NCBI GenBank assembly: GCA_963804995.1
Contig: CAWDSK010000003.1
Location: forward strand, 1,376,001-1,440,000
Direction of reading: 5' to 3'
DNA: 64,000 nucleotides
Source: an uncultured Acidobacteriota bacterium
Lineage (GTDB): Bacteria; Acidobacteriota; Terriglobia; UBA7540
Part shown: positions 58,833 through 64,000 of the stretch, piece after piece
Numbering within the stretch: the stretch's first letter is position 1
Layout of the letters: each line of letters opens with the position of its first letter
Program-made: the position numbers and the translations under genes
Notes under the pieces: model-generated
The model's input: the letters and a program-made list of their open reading frames with translations, nothing else
The model's database searches: none
Told to the model about the DNA's origin: nothing

Positions 58833-59873
58833 ATGGACAGAAGGCAATTTGTAAAGGGATCTGCGGCGGGGATGGGCGCTTTGGCCAGCGGGCTGGGCAT
58901 CAAGAACCTCGAAGCCGCGCCAGTCGCCGCGCCACGAGTGGTCCCCGCAGCTCCCACGGGCGACAAGATTGGGCGGCCGGTTCGAGTGGTCAGCATCGCG
59001 TTCACCGATGGCCATCCTCTGAATCAGATCGCTGAGTTGGTGGACCAGGAAGGCGCACGCGGTACGGACCTCATCGCGCTGCCCGAGACTTGTCAAGGTC
59101 AGCACGAAAAGAGTCAAGAACCCCTGGACGGCCCGACCATCACGACCATCTCCCGCTTGGCAAAGAAGCATCAGACCTACATTGTCTGCCCCATCGACCG
59201 CGTCACGAATGGACAGCGCTTCAACTCGGCCGTGTTCATCGACCGTGAGGGGCGCGTGGCCGGCATTTACGACAAGCTCTACCCCGTCTGGCAATCGGAG
59301 TGCATGGTGCGGAAAGTTAATCCCGGGGACTCCGCCACCGTCTGCCAAACTGATTTTGGGCGCGTGGGCTTTGCCATTTGCTTTGACGTGAATTGGGTCG
59401 ACCTGTGGGAGCGCATGGCGAATCAAGGGGCGGAACTGGTGATTTGGCCAAGCGCTTACTCCGCAGGCCGCACGCTCGGGGCGCGCGCCGTTAATTACAA
59501 CTATTACATCGTCAGTTGCACCTGGATCCCCGACTGCCTCGTTTTCGATATCGATGGCGAGCAACTTGTGCACGAAGAAAATAATCGCGGTAACGGCGTC
59601 AACGTCACCCGAACTACGCTGGATTTGGACCGCTGCATTTTCCATCTGGACCTCAACTCTCCTGAAAAGCGAACTAAGTTGCTGACCGAGCACGCCGAGG
59701 ACGTCGCGCTGGATAAGGATCTGCGGCTGGAATCCTGGTTTGTGCTGAAAGCCAAGCGGCCGGGTGTGAGCGCGCGCGAATTGTCCCGACAGTATGGGAT
59801 GGAGGAACTGCGCTCCTACGTGAACCGCGTCCGTTGCGAGATCGATAAGTGCAGAGGGTGGGAGTTTTCCTAG
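58833..59873 (+). CDS. Carbon-nitrogen hydrolase (nitrilase superfamily) with Tat signal
   Basis: DRRQFVK; LPE, YDK, ICFD catalytic E-K-C triad; GGAGG RBS. Confidence 0.9.
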   Translation: MDRRQFVKGSAAGMGALASGLGIKNLEAAPVAAPRVVPAAPTGDKIGRPVRVVSIAFTDGHPLNQIAELVDQEGARGTDLIALPETCQGQHEKSQEPLDGPTITTISRLAKKHQTYIVCPIDRVTNGQRFNSAVFIDREGRVAGIYDKLYPVWQSECMVRKVNPGDSATVCQTDFGRVGFAICFDVNWVDLWERMANQGAELVIWPSAYSAGRTLGARAVNYNYYIVSCTWIPDCLVFDIDGEQLVHEENNRGNGVNVTRTTLDLDRCIFHLDLNSPEKRTKLLTEHAEDVALDKDLRLESWFVLKAKRPGVSARELSRQYGMEELRSYVNRVRCEIDKCRGWEFS

Positions 59874-60020
59874 GGGGGATTGCCCATCTTAGCGAACACA
59901 GTGATCTGAGCGGGGGCGGTTCGAGCAAACCGCCCCTGCTTCTGTTGCCCGCCGATTCAGGCTCGGCGGCGCGAGCTTTCCGACTCGATTTCTGCGGCTC
60001 CGGGACCTTTTTTTGTCAAT

Positions 60021-60114
60021 GTGGGACATGTCCCACTTGTTACTCTCCGCGCGGCATAGCGCGCGACGTCCCACCAACTTCCCCATCCTTATGCGTTTTT
60101 TTCCTATGACTTTT
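60021..60114. repeat. Dispersed ~93-bp repeat (copy of 14362-14454)
   Basis: Aligns by eye with few mismatches. Confidence 0.9.
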
Positions 60115-60138
60115 GATGGGTGGTTCCGCCGCACTGCG

Positions 60139-63100
60139 CTACCCGGTTTTGCGCGGCACACCTGAAACAAACCGGTAACTTCCCGAACCAATCTCGTAGA
60201 CCTCTACCCCCGGCTCCGTTCGCAGATACTTAACTCCAATCGCGCCGCGCGCCGCTTTTCCACTTTCGGTCACCGCTTCTGAAGCACTCGCCGGAACGTA
60301 AATGGTCGCAGTGGTATTGGCGGGCACAGTTATGTTCCAGATGAACTGACCAGCGCTAATTTTCCACTCGCTCACAATCCTGCCGTACGGAGAATCGTGC
60401 GATGCCCGCACTGAAGTCAAATCACCCACCGGCGTCGGGCGCATGATGATGTGCTTGAATGCGGGATGCTCGGGGTCAGGACGAATGCCTGCCAGATTTT
60501 CGTAGAACCAGGTGATGAGGTCGCCCACGAGCATCAAGTGATTGCCTGAGTTCATAGCCGGATTCGCGGTGTCACCGTTCCATAGTTCCCAAATCGTGGT
60601 CGCCCCTTTGCTGATCATGTAACCCCAGCTCGGGTAAGTTTTCTGCGACGCGATTTCGTACGCGACGTCCGAGTGGCCACAATCTGAAAGCACTTGCATC
60701 AGCCATTGGCCGCCCACCAGTCCGGTTCCGATGTGCCCTTTGTTCTGCTCCTCGATCTTGCGCATCAGGGCTTGCGAAACGTTCTGCCGGTCCTCATTCG
60801 GGACCATTCCGAATGCCAGAGGGAGCACGCTGGAGGTCTGCGAGCCATTGCTGTACTGCCCCGTTGGGGGATGGAAATATGCCTTGTTGAACGCTACCAA
60901 TATCCTGTCGGCAAGCTGGTTGAAATCGTTTGCTTCGCCCTGCTTCCCCAGCAAGGTCGCGAAGCGCGCCATCAATCGCAGCAGGTGATAGTAATAGGCC
61001 GTGCCCAGGACTGTGCCATCCGTCTTGCGCGCGGGGTCATTCGAGTGGATCAGCTCAGGAGACTCCGGCGGAACACACCAATCGCCATATTGATCCCGCG
61101 GCATCAGGCCGTCTTTCAAGTACGTTTGCATGTGGGTGATCCACATCTTCATGCCGTCGTAATGCTTTTCTATGACGCGCAAATCACCGTACTGATCGTA
61201 GAGATGGTCGGGAATAATAATGAAACTCGAAGGCCAAGTGACGTTATCGTTGTAGAGGGGCCAATACGCCGGGGACACATCACTGATGCTGCCGTCGCCG
61301 TTCTGCGAATCCGCGAAATCGTCCACCCACTTGGCATACAGGGCGGCAACCCCAAACATGTAAGGCTCGCCGCGGCTCTCCGCTGACCGGTCGCCCAGCC
61401 AACCCTGGCGCTCGTCGCGTTGCGGGCAGTCGGTGGGCATGCTGCGATAGTTGTCTTTGGCGCCCCAAACTACGTTCCTGTAAATCTGATTGAGTAAGGC
61501 ATTGGAGGTCTTGAAATCCGCGTGCTGGTTGACATCATCGTGAACCGCTCGCCCCTCAAGTGAAGCGAGGGTAGGCTTCCCAGGAAAGCCCTGCACCTCT
61601 ACATAGCGGAAGCCGTGATACACGAATCGCGGCTCATAAACCTCCGTGCCTTTACCCTTGAGGATATAGGTGTCGGTCACCTCGGCAGAGCGAAGGTTGT
61701 TGAGATAAAGTGTGCCGTCGGGTCGCAGCCTTTCGGCGTGGCGAAGGGAGACCATGCTGCCCTGCGGTCCCGAGACAGTAAGGCGACACCAACCCACCAA
61801 GTTCTGGCCCATATCGAATATGTAAACGTGGGGGCGCGGTTCGGTCACGGCGATGGGCTTAAGAGTTTCTGTGACCCGGATGGGTTCATTCGGCTGGGCC
61901 GCCAGGGCGCCGGACGGACCTTGCACAATCTGCGCGGGCTGCCATTTATCGTCACGGAAGCTGGCGCGACTCCAGCCATCCATCTCGCGGCGTGCATCGT
62001 AAACCTCGCCGTCATACTCGTTATTCTCCCGGATGGGCCCCGCCGTCGTCAGCTTCCAGCTTTCGTCGCTCGCCACGCGCGTGATCGTTCCGTCCGCCGA
62101 TTCCATTTCGAGTTGTAGAAGCAGCTTGGGATAGCCATAGGTCCGTGTGAAGGTAGGAACCTTGTGGCGCGGGGCGAAGTACCGTCCGTTGCCCAGGATC
62201 ACTCCGAGAGCGTTGTTGCCCGGCTTCAGGAACTTCGTGACGTCATAGGTCAAATAGAAGACGCGCTTGTCGTAATCGGTCAGCCCGGGCACCAATGCGT
62301 CACGGCTGACCTTTTCTCCGTTCACGTAGGCTTCGAATAGCCCCAGGCCCGAAACATAAAGTGTGCCGCGCTTCACCTGATTCTTAACTTCGAAATCCTT
62401 GCGGAGCAGGCGCGCCGGAAGGACAGTGCGCTCCTTAGACCCCACTTCTCCCCAGGGAGCTATGCCGTAAACGCCCAGGATCTTTGCGGTCTCCCACGAC
62501 GCGTCGCCAAAATCACGCCTGTTCCAATTGGGTGCTTCGGTGGAGCTAACCCGCCACTGCTGGTCAGTCTTGACAACCAACGCTTCACGGTCCGCCCGTT
62601 CCAATTCGACCATCCCAATGAGCCCCGGGGAATCGTTGCCTGAAGTCGTGAGGGCAATGGCCAGAACATTTGCGCCTGGGTGCAGCGCCTGAGTGACATC
62701 AGAGGAGATTGGGTCGCCAACCCCCAAGCCTTTTCCCTCCTCTTGCCCATTGATATAGAGCACAGAAGCGCCAGAGCTGACAAAGTATACGAGGGCGTCC
62801 GTTACGGAACTGCCCCGCGGAATGTCAATCGTGCGACGGAAGTATTTTGTCCCGGCGCCGGCATCGGAGGAACCAATCCACTGGGCATTCCTCAACTGTT
62901 CCGGTTTCCCTTCACCGCCGTCGAGCCCGATCCATTTCCCCTTCCAGTCGGTCGCAGCGAGCAAGCCCATGGACCACCGTGCCGGCTCACTCCAAGCCGA
63001 GGCCTTTCCATCCTTATCCCACACTCGCACCTTCCACCAAACTTGCTCACCTGACGACAGGGGCTTGCCGCCATACGGTAGCTGGATGGACTGATCGGAG

Positions 63101-63381
63101 CTCATCTTTCCGGTGTCCCAAAGGTCGCCCTGATCGTGACCCAAAAGGTCTTCGCGGCTCGCCACCAGAATTTGGTAAGCGCTCTCGACCCAACCTCGCC
63201 CACTCGGAATCCTTGACTCAACCTTCCAGCTCAACCGCGGTTGTAATGAGTCGATGCCGAGGGGGTTCTGGCGATACTCACATCGCAGGTCCGTGGGCCG
63301 TATGGCGTTTTCCGCGGCAGTGGCGGAGAAAATTAGGATCAAAAAGGATAGGAAGGAAAAGGCCAGAACCAATCTATGCAT
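60139..63381 (-). CDS. Alpha-L-rhamnosidase (GH78), secreted
   Basis: LRCEY..NPLGID, FDMGQN, PTDCPQRDERQGWLGD, YGDW, GATTIWELW, MNSGNH. Confidence 0.95.
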   Translation of the reverse strand: MHRLVLAFSFLSFLILIFSATAAENAIRPTDLRCEYRQNPLGIDSLQPRLSWKVESRIPSGRGWVESAYQILVASREDLLGHDQGDLWDTGKMSSDQSIQLPYGGKPLSSGEQVWWKVRVWDKDGKASAWSEPARWSMGLLAATDWKGKWIGLDGGEGKPEQLRNAQWIGSSDAGAGTKYFRRTIDIPRGSSVTDALVYFVSSGASVLYINGQEEGKGLGVGDPISSDVTQALHPGANVLAIALTTSGNDSPGLIGMVELERADREALVVKTDQQWRVSSTEAPNWNRRDFGDASWETAKILGVYGIAPWGEVGSKERTVLPARLLRKDFEVKNQVKRGTLYVSGLGLFEAYVNGEKVSRDALVPGLTDYDKRVFYLTYDVTKFLKPGNNALGVILGNGRYFAPRHKVPTFTRTYGYPKLLLQLEMESADGTITRVASDESWKLTTAGPIRENNEYDGEVYDARREMDGWSRASFRDDKWQPAQIVQGPSGALAAQPNEPIRVTETLKPIAVTEPRPHVYIFDMGQNLVGWCRLTVSGPQGSMVSLRHAERLRPDGTLYLNNLRSAEVTDTYILKGKGTEVYEPRFVYHGFRYVEVQGFPGKPTLASLEGRAVHDDVNQHADFKTSNALLNQIYRNVVWGAKDNYRSMPTDCPQRDERQGWLGDRSAESRGEPYMFGVAALYAKWVDDFADSQNGDGSISDVSPAYWPLYNDNVTWPSSFIIIPDHLYDQYGDLRVIEKHYDGMKMWITHMQTYLKDGLMPRDQYGDWCVPPESPELIHSNDPARKTDGTVLGTAYYYHLLRLMARFATLLGKQGEANDFNQLADRILVAFNKAYFHPPTGQYSNGSQTSSVLPLAFGMVPNEDRQNVSQALMRKIEEQNKGHIGTGLVGGQWLMQVLSDCGHSDVAYEIASQKTYPSWGYMISKGATTIWELWNGDTANPAMNSGNHLMLVGDLITWFYENLAGIRPDPEHPAFKHIIMRPTPVGDLTSVRASHDSPYGRIVSEWKISAGQFIWNITVPANTTATIYVPASASEAVTESGKAARGAIGVKYLRTEPGVEVYEIGSGSYRFVSGVPRKTG

Positions 63382-63493
63382 ACCAACACTCCTTGCTAAT
63401 AAGACGCTGGGTAGCGGTAAGGTTGACGTTTGCCGGACGCGCTCGCCCCACAAACGTGGAATCACAAATTGAAATCTGAAATTGCAGGGTCAG

Positions 63494-64000
63494 TTAGGTG
63501 TCGTAGTAACCATACTTTTCGATTTCATCCCACATGGCCAGGACGTTTTCAAGTTTGGCAGCCGGATGGATCTCCGTCGTCGAACCAATCCAGAGGCGCC
63601 CCGTCGCACCGGCCTCATCGATGGTCCTCCGCACGGTCGTCCGCACATCCTCTTCGCTACCGAAGGGCAAGAGTTGCGAAACGTCGATCCCGCCCATTAG
63701 TATCCAATCTGGATATGCCTTATGGACGTTGCCCGCGTACATCCTGGAAAGTGGCTCGAGAGGGTTGATGCCATCAATCCCAACTTGGCGGAAATCCTCC
63801 AGGACCGCCCAGAGGTTTCCGTCGGAATGATAGATCACCTTGACGCCGTGCTGATGCCACGCGTCCACGAGCTTTGTCAGCCGGGGAAAAAATTCCTTCC
63901 GCAGGAAGGCCGGCGAAAACATCAATTGGTCGGTGCCCGCGATGTCCGAATAGACCAAAGCAACAGGAGAAAGGGTAGGGTCGGCAGTCTCATGAACACG
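63494..64000 (-). CDS. Uroporphyrinogen decarboxylase (URO-D/MtaA-like) family protein, 5'-truncated
   Basis: SDIAG, YHSDG, INPLE, LMGGID..LLPFGS, WIGSTTEI. Confidence 0.8.
   Translation of the reverse strand, partial: RVHETADPTLSPVALVYSDIAGTDQLMFSPAFLRKEFFPRLTKLVDAWHQHGVKVIYHSDGNLWAVLEDFRQVGIDGINPLEPLSRMYAGNVHKAYPDWILMGGIDVSQLLPFGSEEDVRTTVRRTIDEAGATGRLWIGSTTEIHPAAKLENVLAMWDEIEKYGYYDT

Noticed and set aside
1..64000. tRNA, rRNA or riboswitch
   Set aside because: None recognised by eye; a tRNAscan/Infernal run would be needed to exclude them

Overview
GC-rich bacterial chromosome segment. Gene content and order (rimO-yacG-pgpA-cinA-thpR-plsY-gpsA, ECF sigma/anti-sigma/DUF3106, many Tat-exported carbohydrate enzymes) suggest an Acidobacterium; this is an inference. 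Several single-base frameshifts fall in housekeeping genes and look like long-read assembly errors. Layout: (1) 3-13 kb, a mobile/repeat-rich zone. It holds a fully delimitable IS110 (IS1111-type) element inserted in a hairpin repeat. Its candidate bridge-RNA target-binding loop overlaps the transposase 3' end and matches the insertion site, and an IS630 has inserted into its non-coding end. An IS1634, a Phd/VapC module between direct repeats and a non-coding repeat array follow. (2) 13-29 kb, housekeeping genes with REP-like palindromes. (3) 29-54 kb, a large carbohydrate/amino-sugar catabolic region, including a PQQ dehydrogenase fused to a pentaheme cytochrome c and an internally deleted remnant of a paralogue. 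(4) 54-57 kb, a toxin-antitoxin pair followed by a radical SAM/SPASM maturase of the PlpX/splicease-like group. Next to it is a membrane-anchored beta-trefoil protein carrying five VYGGP motifs, a candidate protein-scale RiPP-type system. (5) 57-64 kb, further hydrolases. No rRNA, tRNA or CRISPR array was recognised. All family assignments come from motifs read by eye; no searches were run.
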